Shown here piece by piece: positions 18,395 to 28,871 of a stretch of 44,115 bases of DNA. The stretch covers positions 1 to 44,115 of the IMG/VR virus record IMGVR_UViG_3300027813_001276; one strand, written 5' to 3'. The stretch is from a virus (taxonomy: Duplodnaviria; Caudoviricetes). Each line of letters opens with the position of its first letter. The stretch's first letter is position 1. The position numbers and the translations under genes were made by a program. Under the pieces are notes generated by a model. That model made no database searches. It was given only the letters and a program-made list of their open reading frames with translations, and was not told the origin of the DNA.

Positions 18395-19095
18395 TAGTTT
18401 CTTCTCGAACTCTGTGATATAACATCAACGTGTTTGGCTTCTGGAGCCAATCCGCCGTGTGCTTGACCAGTAATTGTATCATGCATTGCATGTAGGTCAT
18501 CTCCCATAATACCATCTTTACTAGGATAGTTACGGAAATAGTCTGCACCTTTCTCATCTTTAATTCTTTGGAGTTCTGCTAAGAATTTAGCATTGTATTC
18601 TTCTCCAAATAGAGGACCGTCTGTTTCACCTTGTTGTGCTTCATAATGGTCTTGTTCTGAAGAGCTATCTACTTCGTCTAATATTGCTCCTGGAACTTCT
18701 ACTTGTCTGTCTTTGTCATTAGCAAGTCTTTCTTCAGCCATTTCGCTTTCAACCCTTTTAGGATTGTCTACGCCCATAACAATTACACGTTCATGGTCAC
18801 AACCACAAGCAACTGCTACATATACTTCTAAAATTCTTTCATTGACTGGATATTTTAACACGACATCAGTACTACATACTTCTGAGGTAACACTTAAACC
18901 TTTAAGTCTTTTGAATTCAATTGGATTCTCTTGTATAGGCAACCTTTTCCAAGGTGTAGCACTTACAAGATTATATTTTTGTAAAGCACCTTCTAACTTA
19001 GATAAGTCATCAGGACTACAATCTCTTGCTAATTTAATTCTGTAACCGTATTCTTTATTGAACGATTCGGTTATAATGTCTTTAAGTTCTCTCAT
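18394..19095 (-). CDS. Hypothetical late protein
   Basis: 233-aa ORF; ATAAATA at 19117-19123 and GGAG SD. Confidence 0.8.
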   Translation of the reverse strand: MRELKDIITESFNKEYGYRIKLARDCSPDDLSKLEGALQKYNLVSATPWKRLPIQENPIEFKRLKGLSVTSEVCSTDVVLKYPVNERILEVYVAVACGCDHERVIVMGVDNPKRVESEMAEERLANDKDRQVEVPGAILDEVDSSSEQDHYEAQQGETDGPLFGEEYNAKFLAELQRIKDEKGADYFRNYPSKDGIMGDDLHAMHDTITGQAHGGLAPEAKHVDVISQSSRRN

Positions 19096-19141
19096 GTTAA
19101 TAACTCCGTATGCACTTATTTATCATATTTAGGAAAATTTA

Positions 19142-19654
19142 CTAGTTTTCCTTTGCGTTGATAATTTTAAGTAGTTCATTTCTGTCTACAACACTACCTT
19201 GTGTACCTGAAGTACTACCGGATTGTACATTGTTGTCTAGTCTTCCCTTCTTAATCATTAAATCAATCTGTTTTAACTTGGAATCTATTTTGCTGTCTTT
19301 GGCTTCTAAGGCTGTCTTTAACATTTTAGCCGCACTATCAAAAATACTGCCTGCTTCTCTGTCTCCAACGTTCATACCTAAGTTCATCAACTGCTGATAA
19401 CTGTCAACTGCCTGTTGAGCAATGTCGTCCATCTCTGTGTCATGCTCTTCAAGCCCTTTAACATTTTGTAATGCATGGTCTATCTTTTCTGCGTTAGTTA
19501 ATGCTGTTTGTACATCTTCAATATCCACTGCTGTAACTTCAAATTCTGAAATGTCATTCAAGTCAGGGAGTTTATCTTCAGTATCGCCTATAATTTTATT
19601 AGGTTCGTCTGACATTGGGGGTAAATTAAATTCTTCTTCTAGTTTTTTGGTCAT
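19142..19654 (-). CDS. Helical late protein, possible terminase small subunit
   Basis: TATAAATA at 19660-19667; helical core and VVDRNELLK tail reminiscent of gp16-type proteins; close to gp17. Confidence 0.4.
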   Translation of the reverse strand: MTKKLEEEFNLPPMSDEPNKIIGDTEDKLPDLNDISEFEVTAVDIEDVQTALTNAEKIDHALQNVKGLEEHDTEMDDIAQQAVDSYQQLMNLGMNVGDREAGSIFDSAAKMLKTALEAKDSKIDSKLKQIDLMIKKGRLDNNVQSGSTSGTQGSVVDRNELLKIINAKEN

Positions 19655-19672
19655 ACTGCTATTTATACTATG

Positions 19673-20722
19673 TTACAAGTACTTTGTAATGTTATATGGT
19701 ATAGATACATAGGGTAAGTCTACTACTTGACGTATCTGATTGAGAAACTCTGGTCTTAAAGGATGATCCAATTGGTCAACTACGTCTTCTTCTGCAAAAT
19801 TATCAAATGTTCCCCAATCGTCCATTCTACTTATAGTACATTGTGCATCATAACGTGCTGTTAGTTTAACAAAATTAACAACATCATGTGCATTTGCTTT
19901 TTGACACACAAATCTAAAGTGTACATCAGCGCCTTCTGGCTTGTTCTCATGCATCCAGTCTAAATTTTCTATAAGTTTTTCAAAGTTACCCGGTCTTCTT
20001 ACTACTTCGTATACTTCTTTACTGCCTGCATCTATACTAATTTTAAATTCGCTTATATTAGGAAGTATTTTACTATCTGGTAATTGCTTACTCATTAATA
20101 ATCCGTTTGTGAACAATGTAAGAGTGTGATTATGATTAGGAATCCAGTCTGTAACAAACGGTCTCATTATGTTACTTGCTAAAGGATCGCCATTTCCAGT
20201 TAATGTAATGTGTGTACGTTCTTTAAATCTGCGTAATAGACTAATTGTATGCTTGGCATACTCTACTTGCTGTTGATAAGTGTCGCCTTCTGTGTGTAAT
20301 ATCATTTCTGGTCTACAACTTGGACATGCAAGGTTACAACTTTCATCTACATTAACATATATACTATAAAATTCTTGTCCTTTGTTGTTTATGTGATGTA
20401 AATCATGTTCCATTATTCTGCAATGCTCTACAGCACACCATGTAAACTTTTTATCTTCTACATCTTTTTGTAATTCTTTTGCTAGTGGATTTGACCATAC
20501 ATCTTCTAATTCATAACAGTCCAATATATTACATATAACAAATGGCAAATATAATTCACAGTTATCAATGAAGCATTCGCCCTTTGTTGTGATATTTAAA
20601 CTACGATGTGGTATTGTACAACTGTTAGTAATAGTGTGTTTAAGTTCATTGTTACGTTTTGCCATTGGCATTAGTCCTCTTGTTGGACTTTGTAACAATT
20701 TATAGTCTATCAGTGTCGACAT
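19673..20722 (-). CDS. Radical SAM protein with Cys-rich N-terminal (SPASM/twitch-like) segment
   Basis: CNLACPSC (CxxxCxxC), TGNGDP, FTNG, ISIDA...YEVVR. Confidence 0.9.
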   Translation of the reverse strand: MSTLIDYKLLQSPTRGLMPMAKRNNELKHTITNSCTIPHRSLNITTKGECFIDNCELYLPFVICNILDCYELEDVWSNPLAKELQKDVEDKKFTWCAVEHCRIMEHDLHHINNKGQEFYSIYVNVDESCNLACPSCRPEMILHTEGDTYQQQVEYAKHTISLLRRFKERTHITLTGNGDPLASNIMRPFVTDWIPNHNHTLTLFTNGLLMSKQLPDSKILPNISEFKISIDAGSKEVYEVVRRPGNFEKLIENLDWMHENKPEGADVHFRFVCQKANAHDVVNFVKLTARYDAQCTISRMDDWGTFDNFAEEDVVDQLDHPLRPEFLNQIRQVVDLPYVSIPYNITKYL

Positions 20723-20825
20723 TCGGTCTTACCCATTTTCCATTTCTGTATACTGCAACTTCGCCTTTGTTGCAAAGTGTGTGTTCGCCTTCTACCGGAC
20801 GTTGCGGTTCTCTTACCTTAATCAT
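20700..20825 (-). CDS. Small hypothetical protein (41 aa)
   Basis: Manual translation MIKVREPQRPVEGEHTLCNKGEVAVYRNGKWVRPNVDTDRL; TAATG coupling to gp4. Confidence 0.55.
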   Translation of the reverse strand: MIKVREPQRPVEGEHTLCNKGEVAVYRNGKWVRPNVDTDRL

Positions 20826-21298
20826 TATTTCCTGCGAGGTTTACGTTGTGCGGGTTTTCTCTTTTTGTTGTTTCTGAATATTTGGTCTTCAGTAATTACT
20901 TTAAAATGCATACCCTTGGCTTTAGCCCACTCTCTGGCGGCTGTCCATTTGGCGGCATTTAGCATTGTTTGAATTTTATCGCCTTTTCCTCTGGCGGCTT
21001 CTATTATAGTTTGGCTCTTAGGTTTAATTTCTATAAGCTCTACTAACTGCTTACCAGATTTGTCTGTGTATTGTACCATAAAGTCGGGTACATAGTTAGT
21101 AATCTTTCCTGTGAACGGATTTTGGTAGGGAATTTTTACATTCTCACTAGCCCACTTGGTTATGTTTGGATGTCCATCACAGAACCTCATAAACGCCGTC
21201 TCCCAACTGCTACGAGCATAAGGTATCTTAGTACCTACATACTTTTCCGGGTTTTGTACGGTGTATTGTCCTTGTGAATAGTGCTTACTACCAGCCAT
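20825..21298 (-). CDS. Head completion nuclease (T4 gp4-like, TnsA-type fold)
   Basis: NPEKYVG, RSSWE, WASE...IPY, YVPDF, IEIKP, AKWTAA, FKVITE. Confidence 0.9.
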   Translation of the reverse strand: MAGSKHYSQGQYTVQNPEKYVGTKIPYARSSWETAFMRFCDGHPNITKWASENVKIPYQNPFTGKITNYVPDFMVQYTDKSGKQLVELIEIKPKSQTIIEAARGKGDKIQTMLNAAKWTAAREWAKAKGMHFKVITEDQIFRNNKKRKPAQRKPRRK

Positions 21299-21307
21299 GT
21301 TACCTCT

Positions 21308-21745
21308 TTACGGTCTTATAACTGATGCAATTTTTGAATTTCTATTGAATTTGTCAACAGTTAAACCTATGTTATTACCTTTTGGTCTAATACTATTTAT
21401 AGCTTTATATGTTTGTTCTGCTAACTTTATGCTATCTTCGTTTAGTTCGAAGTATGAAATGGGGTGTACACCTTGTTGGTCTGCAACTGTAATTAATGCA
21501 ACTGCCAATGTTTTAGCAGTAGGGCCATTGAATCCTATACTTTCAAGTCTGTTTTCTATTATGTTAATTTTGTTTGGGTCCATGCCCTTAAAATTTTGTG
21601 GTACCATGTTTACAAGTATTTCAACACTTGCTTCTGGTAATGGAAAATTAATAGTATTGTTTTCTATAAACTGTACAAGTTTATCTCTACGAACTTCGTA
21701 ACTAATCTCATTGCCGAATGTTTCGTATAAACTCTTACTACTCAT
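21308..21745 (-). CDS. Hypothetical protein
   Basis: ORF 21308..21823; likely start MSSKS at 21745 overlapping the upstream stop. Confidence 0.7.
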   Translation of the reverse strand: MSSKSLYETFGNEISYEVRRDKLVQFIENNTINFPLPEASVEILVNMVPQNFKGMDPNKINIIENRLESIGFNGPTAKTLAVALITVADQQGVHPISYFELNEDSIKLAEQTYKAINSIRPKGNNIGLTVDKFNRNSKIASVIRP

Positions 21746-22787
21746 TTGATGATCCTGTAAACTGTTCAAAGAACTTGTCTGATTGTTTGGATCTAACATC
21801 GCCGTTTTCATCGCCAAACCCACCTACTAAAAAGTCTAGATTTTTTGCTCCCATATGGGGATTTTTAGTAACACTACGTTCAGGCATAGAACCACCCGGT
21901 GTATCAACATTTGTTTCACCTGCTCTTAGTTTTTTCCAAGCACCTTGATTGAATCCTGTGAATCGTTGTAACTCATCTTCTGAGATCCAATCGTTTACAG
22001 CTGGATTAATACTAAAGTTTTCGTAACTAATGTTCATTGTTATCATTGCTGGTGCTGAGTCTGAATGGTCAATTCCATCTATTTGAAAATCTGTTATTAA
22101 AGGATTAAATATTGTATAACGTATTGCTTTCTGTCCATGGAACTTAACTATGTCCATACTAGTAATAAAGTTTCTTTCTTTTCCTGGTCTAAGGTTGTAC
22201 CCCATTGCGTCACTATCAAACTTTCCTAAAGTAACTGAGTCTGATCCGCCTGATGCTATTGCTTCTGGAACTACATCGTATGGTGTAATTTTTGGTGTAT
22301 TTGTTGCACCAGTCATGTCAAATTTTCCCATTGGGTTAACAAATAAATGAGCATAAGCCTTCATTAAAACTATTACCCACGCACTATCAACTGTATCATA
22401 TGCTGTTACCTGTATAGGTTTCATTTCTGTGTGAGTCACAGTGATACGTTTTCTATTATATTGATTTTTTACGTCTGTTTGAATTTCTGCACTTGGTACC
22501 TCAGCAGTTTTACACATAGAACTTAGTTGGTTCATTGTGTCAGTGCTGTTCAGGGCGTCAATTTTCACTCCTGAATTGAAGTGAAAATTAACGTATCCTT
22601 GAAACTTTTGACGTACTGGGTTTATGCCAGGATTGAATCGCTTTGCATTGTTCCAATCTCTCAGATAATGGTTAACTGGTGTTTGACCATTACTCTGATG
22701 TGCATTACCCGTCCGCTGACCGTTATAATAGCCGGTACCTAATAGTTCTGCGGCTATTCTATATAGTGGACCTCTAACTCCTGCCAT
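21738..22787 (-). CDS. Tail tube-family protein (gp19/gp54-like baseplate-tube initiator)
   Basis: KTAEVPS...NQYNRKR...YENF pattern; lies directly after the tube gene; AGGAGG SD. Confidence 0.65.
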   Translation of the reverse strand: MAGVRGPLYRIAAELLGTGYYNGQRTGNAHQSNGQTPVNHYLRDWNNAKRFNPGINPVRQKFQGYVNFHFNSGVKIDALNSTDTMNQLSSMCKTAEVPSAEIQTDVKNQYNRKRITVTHTEMKPIQVTAYDTVDSAWVIVLMKAYAHLFVNPMGKFDMTGATNTPKITPYDVVPEAIASGGSDSVTLGKFDSDAMGYNLRPGKERNFITSMDIVKFHGQKAIRYTIFNPLITDFQIDGIDHSDSAPAMITMNISYENFSINPAVNDWISEDELQRFTGFNQGAWKKLRAGETNVDTPGGSMPERSVTKNPHMGAKNLDFLVGGFGDENGDVRSKQSDKFFEQFTGSSNE

Positions 22788-22807
22788 CAAGACCTCCTAG
22801 CGAATTA

Positions 22808-23431
22808 TTATGCGCCAGTACTTCCTGCTGGTCCAGGGTTAACGTTAGTAAACGGATTTCCTTGTGCTAAGATTCCTGCTACAACACTACTTGTTCCTTG
22901 CTCATGTATTGCATTATCAAATCTAATTGTTAATGATACAGTTACAGGTTCGTTAGTGGCATAGTCGGCATCTGAGTAGTCAGTGTTAGTTATAAAACAT
23001 CCTTCTAAGAACCAAACTTCAGTTGCATCTGCGGAAGAACCATCTAATGATTCAACAAGCATGTTGAATTTGTAGTCTTCGCCAGCAATTGGAGCCGTCT
23101 GTTCTAAGTGATTAAGTTGTCTACTATTCTGTGCGCCAACAATTCTTGCTACACTATTACTAATGTCGTCTCTTAGGACAACTGTAATAGGATCCCATGT
23201 GTGTTTGCCTTGGACATACACTTTTGAGTTGTAAGAATCAATTGGAACTTCTTCATAGTTTACTTTAGGACGAGTTACGTTCATAACATTCTGTGTGAAT
23301 TCTCTCGTAGATTGGTCTCCGCCAAATCCACTTAGCATACTAACCCTAAATCTGAATTTCAGTTTAGGCATTAAGATGCCTTGGTTATCACCTATCGGAA
23401 CACCAAATTTATTTTTTGTTGGTTCTGCCAT
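22808..23431 (-). CDS. Tail tube protein (gp19-like)
   Basis: PKLKFRFRV, GKHTWDPITV, WFLEGCF, LTIRFDNA; AGGAGA SD before ATG 23431; ATAAATA at 23488-23494. Confidence 0.88.
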   Translation of the reverse strand: MAEPTKNKFGVPIGDNQGILMPKLKFRFRVSMLSGFGGDQSTREFTQNVMNVTRPKVNYEEVPIDSYNSKVYVQGKHTWDPITVVLRDDISNSVARIVGAQNSRQLNHLEQTAPIAGEDYKFNMLVESLDGSSADATEVWFLEGCFITNTDYSDADYATNEPVTVSLTIRFDNAIHEQGTSSVVAGILAQGNPFTNVNPGPAGSTGA

Positions 23432-23532
23432 GTTTATATCTCCTAATCCATAAGACACATTTTAATAGTAGGTCTTATCGTTACATTTATTTATCTAAAA
23501 TGGGAGAAAATCTTTATACTAGTACTTAATGG

Positions 23533-24321
23533 CTATTGCTTTCTAATGTATGGAACTTCAGCACCAAAATTCATTTCTTTGAACTTAGAATTAAAGAAAT
23601 GTACCCCAGTAGGCAAATCTAATAAATTTCTGTGTAGGTCTACACTAAAAACTGCTCTATGTTCTGAAGACTCGTTGTATGCACTATGTATCCATTGATT
23701 ATTAAACCCAAAAGTTTTTGTCCAGTCAGTTTCTTCATTGCAAACTTCAAAATATAACTCACCTTCTGGTACATACAAAGGAACATGTATTCTCATGTAG
23801 CCACCTTTTCTATTTTCTATACCAGTATGTCTTTTTATAACAGAGTCTGCTCTAAGTATAGAATAACTTGCAATAGGGCATTCTTCTAAAGTCCATCTAT
23901 CTAATAATTTTCTTGCTGTTGGTATTTTTGGATTGTCTACTGTGAAATCAAAATGTGTTTCTCTATCTTCAGTAAACCAATCTGGTCTGCCATCTAAGCC
24001 ATACCGTAAATTGTTAGCCATCCATGAATCTAACCCATGTTCGTTTTCTGCTACAAGACGTTGTGCGTCTGTTATAGTATAGTTACGTTGGTCTAATACT
24101 GCTTTGTATGATTCATCTCTGTCTAATACTTGTTGTATCTTTTCATGTGGTGTACCTTCTACATCGGCAACCATATCTTCCCAAAGTCCTTCTCTGAAAG
24201 AGTCTAAGTAATCATAGATATCATTCAGTGCTTGAGTAGAACCTGGCCCGTCTTTATGCCATACCTTTTGAAAGGCAGAGGAAAGTTTTTCTTCTTTTGT
24301 AAATTCTGAGTTTAGCTTCAT
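23533..24321 (-). CDS. Aspartyl/asparaginyl beta-hydroxylase family 2OG-Fe(II) oxygenase
   Basis: YSIL...IKRHTG...RIHVPL...FNNQWIHSAYN...RAVFSVD. Confidence 0.85.
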   Translation of the reverse strand: MKLNSEFTKEEKLSSAFQKVWHKDGPGSTQALNDIYDYLDSFREGLWEDMVADVEGTPHEKIQQVLDRDESYKAVLDQRNYTITDAQRLVAENEHGLDSWMANNLRYGLDGRPDWFTEDRETHFDFTVDNPKIPTARKLLDRWTLEECPIASYSILRADSVIKRHTGIENRKGGYMRIHVPLYVPEGELYFEVCNEETDWTKTFGFNNQWIHSAYNESSEHRAVFSVDLHRNLLDLPTGVHFFNSKFKEMNFGAEVPYIRKQ

Positions 24322-24340
24322 AACAAGTATTTATGCAGTC

Positions 24341-24372
24341 AAAAAAAAGACGCCTTAAAAAAGACGCCTTTT
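24341..24372 (-). terminator. Intrinsic terminator after tail sheath
   Basis: AAGGCGTC-ttttttaa-GGCGTCTT stem with G-U pairs, running into a T8 tract. Confidence 0.7.
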
Positions 24373-24390
24373 AATTTATTAATGTATTGC

Positions 24391-27177
24391 TTAACTACCG
24401 GATGATCCCAAAGTGTTTTGGATTCTAATCGGAATGTATATAAACTCAACTGCTTTGACAGGCTGTATAGCAATGTCAATGTAAAGTTCATTTCTATCAA
24501 TTCTAGCAGATGTGTTATTTGTTCCATCACAAACTGTAACGAAGTCAAATAAACCTCTTTGAATAACTAAGTTACTCAATAAACCATCAACTACATCTTT
24601 AGCATTTTGTCTAGTTACTGCATCATTTGGTTCAAACAAGAACGGCTTAACGATATCGTCAAGTCTTTCTCTTATGTACACAATAAGTCTAGCAACGTTC
24701 ACTCTATCCAATGCACTTGCAGTTGGGTTAAGTGTTTTTTGTCCAAATACTGCAAGTCCACGTCCTGGGAATTGAGCAATTGGATTAATTTTGTTACCAT
24801 ATAATGTATCTCTTTGACCTTCGTTGAGTGTTACCGGAGTATACTCGCCTGTTGTCGGATCTACATAACCTACTGATGTTGCATTTTGAACAAGACCTCT
24901 TTGGAAGCCTGCTGGTGCAAACCAAGGGAAAGCAACCTGGTCATTGTATGCAAGAGTTCTTAAAGCAACATGACTTGAAGGAACAACAACGTTGGTTCCG
25001 TCTAAGTTAGTTGTTAAAGCACTTGGGTAATAAACAGCCGCGTATGGTGAAGCAGAAACAAGTCCGTCCTCTCCATTCTCACTAGCATTGTTGGCGTTAG
25101 TGGCCCAGTCTTTTGTGCTTGTAGCATCTGCTTTAAGTCTAAATGGTGAGTCAGCAATAACAAAGGCAGTATTTCTTCTGTCTGTGCTTAATGCTACCAT
25201 TTCGTCTAGCAATTCAGGGAAGCCAGGAGCGGCAATAATGTTATATGCATTAACTTCACTTCTAATGTCATCATTAGAAACGATTGCAGATTGCATTTTA
25301 GTTTTAACTAAATTGTGTACTGCTTTTCTTAATCCAAACATGTTACCGTCTGTTTTGTTTCCTGAAGCATCAACCCATACGTTACCAATATTAGTAGAAG
25401 CTGGAGTATAATTAATCTTATACTCTTTAACATTACCTACTGAAGCACGTTTGTTATAGCCCCAGATACCACTTGGGTATGCTGTTGCCAATGGTGCGTC
25501 TGCATCTAATGAACTTGCTGAAGACTGTCTAAAGTCTCCAAACACTATTCCTTCTGCTGTATGCTGATCACTTCCGTCTACTGAAACCCAGGCTGTACCT
25601 GACCACTTGTAGAATTTAGGGAAGTTTTCTGTATCGTCTGAATCCAACCATGCGTCGCCGGCTACTAGAGCAGTTCCGTCTGATTGTACTGTTGGTGCTG
25701 TTGCAGTTACACTTACGTCTTTTGTGAAAGTAACCCAAGCACTACCGTTGTGTTCTAATAAGTCAACGTTAGCCTTAGCCACTGTCGCATTGTACCAGTA
25801 AGTACCTTCTGCTAAAGTTCCTGTCATAGTAGTTTTTGATGCTACATACGATAGGGCTCCGTAGTTAGAGTATGTTTTGTTTAATGCAACCGCCTGTGTT
25901 CCTAGTCCAATTGAACTTGGTCCAAAGTCTGCGTGGTTACTTTGTACAACTATATCTCTACCTGTACTAGAAGTTAATATAATATTATTATTACTTCCTA
26001 TTGAAGCAAGAACTTCAGTTACACTAGCCGCACTAAGAGCCGCGTTGATGTCATAAACTGCATCTTCGGCTGTTGATGTTGCTGGAGTAGTACTGATTGT
26101 ACCTGCCAATGTTACAACTGTAGTTGTGCCATTGTAAACAATGTCTAAACTGCTGTTGCCGGAAACGTCTACGCCACTAGCGAACGCTGATGAACCAGTC
26201 GCTACTAATGATGTGTTTCCATTATGTCTTTTCAGGTCATACTCTGCTTCTGTTCCGCCATGTACTGCAATAAGGTCGCCAACTTTAACGTTTGCCGTTC
26301 CTATTGTAGTAAGTGCTGTATCAGTGTTTGCATATATTGATGTTGCTACTGCACTAAAAGTCTTACTTGAAGAACTGTAAAGTTTAGTAGATAAACTTGC
26401 ACCTGTGTTAGGTGTTGAAGTTTGAACAAATATGTCTCCAGCTGAAAGAGCCGTAGTATTGTCTGATCTTAGACTTGGTACTGATAAATGAGTACTAAAT
26501 TGGAAGTCACCTGATGTTGCTGAACCCCAACTAGTAGTACCTACTTGGTACCAGTCGTTTGAATATTTTTCGTAGTATTTAACTTGGGTAGAAGTTCCAC
26601 CAGCCGCTGTATTTGCCACAACTGCGTAATCGCCGTTCTGTCCAAATGCTTGGCTTGGTCCACCTGTTCCTGAGTTTATACTTGTTGAATCTACAACGGA
26701 TACTGTTTTCTTAACCCATGCTGTGCCTGACCATTCTCTTAACCCGAAAGTTGAAGATGCTGTGTCAAACCAGTATGATCCATCTGCAATAGCGCCTGTT
26801 GGAGCCTTGCTGGATGCCGCTAATTCACCTAAGTCTATATCTGCTCTCAGAACGTATGCTCTGTTTGCCAAACCTAAGAAACTGTGGGCCGCTAGTAAAC
26901 CGTATTCATTGAGATCATAACCATTCAACTGATTACTACCACTTGCATAGAAACTTGGGTTTCCAAACTGTTGTAGTAGCTCACGTTGACTAGTCATTAG
27001 TTTTAATTTACCTGCGTTTGCTTTAGTTGTAAATGCCGCTGTACTTGTTCCATCTGGTCCAGTTTTATCCTGGGCCGTAGCGATGATTAACAAAGGTACA
27101 GTTCCAGCACCCGCCGCCGCATAAAACGATTCGTCGGATACACTAATGCTAACTCCTGGTGATACTAATTCTGCCAT
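24391..27177 (-). CDS. Tail sheath protein (gp18-like) with large insertion
   Basis: LVSPGV N-terminus; PWFAPAG, INPI, FGQKTL, DRVNVARL, FEPND, EFIYI C-terminal motifs; ATAAATA at 27215-27221. Confidence 0.96.
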   Translation of the reverse strand: MAELVSPGVSISVSDESFYAAAGAGTVPLLIIATAQDKTGPDGTSTAAFTTKANAGKLKLMTSQRELLQQFGNPSFYASGSNQLNGYDLNEYGLLAAHSFLGLANRAYVLRADIDLGELAASSKAPTGAIADGSYWFDTASSTFGLREWSGTAWVKKTVSVVDSTSINSGTGGPSQAFGQNGDYAVVANTAAGGTSTQVKYYEKYSNDWYQVGTTSWGSATSGDFQFSTHLSVPSLRSDNTTALSAGDIFVQTSTPNTGASLSTKLYSSSSKTFSAVATSIYANTDTALTTIGTANVKVGDLIAVHGGTEAEYDLKRHNGNTSLVATGSSAFASGVDVSGNSSLDIVYNGTTTVVTLAGTISTTPATSTAEDAVYDINAALSAASVTEVLASIGSNNNIILTSSTGRDIVVQSNHADFGPSSIGLGTQAVALNKTYSNYGALSYVASKTTMTGTLAEGTYWYNATVAKANVDLLEHNGSAWVTFTKDVSVTATAPTVQSDGTALVAGDAWLDSDDTENFPKFYKWSGTAWVSVDGSDQHTAEGIVFGDFRQSSASSLDADAPLATAYPSGIWGYNKRASVGNVKEYKINYTPASTNIGNVWVDASGNKTDGNMFGLRKAVHNLVKTKMQSAIVSNDDIRSEVNAYNIIAAPGFPELLDEMVALSTDRRNTAFVIADSPFRLKADATSTKDWATNANNASENGEDGLVSASPYAAVYYPSALTTNLDGTNVVVPSSHVALRTLAYNDQVAFPWFAPAGFQRGLVQNATSVGYVDPTTGEYTPVTLNEGQRDTLYGNKINPIAQFPGRGLAVFGQKTLNPTASALDRVNVARLIVYIRERLDDIVKPFLFEPNDAVTRQNAKDVVDGLLSNLVIQRGLFDFVTVCDGTNNTSARIDRNELYIDIAIQPVKAVEFIYIPIRIQNTLGSSGS

Positions 27178-27303
27178 TATAATCTCCTAATATTATTAAT
27201 TATGTTAGTGCAATTATTTATCATAAAAAGTGTAAAGCACGGTATTATAAAACTACCGGAGTACAATAAAATATGAGGTTTTGATAAATAAGACCGGTTT
27301 GGT

Positions 27304-27960
27304 CTATAATGCTTGTATTTTGGGGGTAAAGATATTATTATGTATTAAAGTTACTTGTTCTTGCAAATCTTCTAGTGTTCCTGTGTTAGATATCTCATAA
27401 TCAAAATCATATCCTGCCCACTTCCATTCACTTGCATGTACACTTGCATAACGTGTTTCCATTGTGTGCTTTGCTGGAACACTACCTTTATTGGCGTGTG
27501 ATGCCACTTCATACCATTCAGGCATGACGTTTCTTATAACATGAATAACTATACCGTCAAGTTGTTTAACTAAGTCTAGTTCATTTTTAAATCTAGCGTC
27601 ACTTACAACAACTAGTTGGTCTTCTTGTGATCTCTTTCTAATACGATATTCTAAACTGTCTAACCAAATGTCTTGATTAAAATGTGTACGCATTATTTCT
27701 GTACCTAACAACTGAAGTGCTAGTCTTGGAGTAAAATTATCTATGTTTAATTTTTTAGTCCAGTAAAGGTCTGCTGTTTCTCTAAAGTCTCTACTTGCTA
27801 ATGTATCGCCTTCTAACATGTGTCTATCCCAACCAAACACACTAGAGCATAAATCTTTTAAAGGTGCCGCAAAACTATCCTTTACTGCTCCTCGTTCTAC
27901 GAACATCTCGGCAACTGTATCTTTGCCACTTCCCATAAATCCTGTTATTCCTATTATCAT
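27304..27960 (-). CDS. Deoxynucleoside monophosphate kinase (T4 gp1-like)
   Basis: GFMGSGKDT, SFAAPLK, TPRLALQLLGTE, VSDARFKNE, HASE. Confidence 0.92.
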   Translation of the reverse strand: MIIGITGFMGSGKDTVAEMFVERGAVKDSFAAPLKDLCSSVFGWDRHMLEGDTLASRDFRETADLYWTKKLNIDNFTPRLALQLLGTEIMRTHFNQDIWLDSLEYRIRKRSQEDQLVVVSDARFKNELDLVKQLDGIVIHVIRNVMPEWYEVASHANKGSVPAKHTMETRYASVHASEWKWAGYDFDYEISNTGTLEDLQEQVTLIHNNIFTPKIQAL

Positions 27961-27983
27961 ACTATTATATATCCTAATAATTA

Positions 27984-28871
27984 TTACTTAAAGAAATTTC
28001 CGGAAGAAACCAATTCTTCAATTCTTCTAAAATTCATTCCTTCACCTGAATGTACTCTAAACGATACCCTAGGAGTATTATTAGTTAATACTCTATGCCA
28101 TTTGGCTAAGTTAATAAAAAACGGATTATGCATTCCTTTACGTTCAGCACTTATAGGTATATGGTCTCTCCACATCTCAGAGTCTGCAATATAGCTCGTA
28201 GAGGCTGAAACTTTCAATCCATCTTGAGCGAGAACTTCCGGGAGACCTTGTGGAGTTATTTTGTAATCTGGATTATTGTTAAGCCATGTGTTTACAAATT
28301 TAGATTCTACTTCGTTGTACTTGTTATTCAACTCATCAGTAGCATGTGTAAATTGTAGGATACTCTCGTCTACATCTCCTAATAGTCTAAAATTACAACA
28401 TACCGATGCTCTTACTTGGTGCAGTATTTGTGTATTAAAATCTACAGGAATATCATTTGGAATTTTTACAGGACCTTCTGTATGCCACTTTGATGTTTTA
28501 TTAAAACACAAAATAGTTATAGGTGGTAACTTACCACCTGGTAGTTCCCAAAGGTCATCTAAATAGTCTTCATGAAATGTGTCTCTAGCCCAATCATACA
28601 CTTCACGTTTTAGTTTGCTATTCTTAATAAGTGCTGTACCATTAAAATGTATATTGTCATCTTCCCGTCCGTTTAGGCTGTGTATATATTTGTCATATTC
28701 ATTCGCCGGTTGGGATTGCCAATTATTCCATGCTAGTTTATTTGTTTTAATTATAAAAGGTTTAAGGTGGCTTTTGTTATCATTAATTAATTCGTAATCT
28801 TCATCAGAAAAGATGTCGTCTACTGTCCAGGGTAGTTCCATTGTTGGTAAATCTATATAACAGTTTTTCAT
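27984..28871 (-). CDS. Putative 2OG-Fe(II) oxygenase, paralog 4 of 4
   Basis: WHTEG...CNFRLLGD...WHRV...PRVSFR. Confidence 0.65.
   Translation of the reverse strand: MKNCYIDLPTMELPWTVDDIFSDEDYELINDNKSHLKPFIIKTNKLAWNNWQSQPANEYDKYIHSLNGREDDNIHFNGTALIKNSKLKREVYDWARDTFHEDYLDDLWELPGGKLPPITILCFNKTSKWHTEGPVKIPNDIPVDFNTQILHQVRASVCCNFRLLGDVDESILQFTHATDELNNKYNEVESKFVNTWLNNNPDYKITPQGLPEVLAQDGLKVSASTSYIADSEMWRDHIPISAERKGMHNPFFINLAKWHRVLTNNTPRVSFRVHSGEGMNFRRIEELVSSGNFFK

Noticed and set aside
24339-24548. 69-aa minus-strand ORF overlapping the sheath end
   Set aside because: Out-of-frame overlap that runs through the terminator
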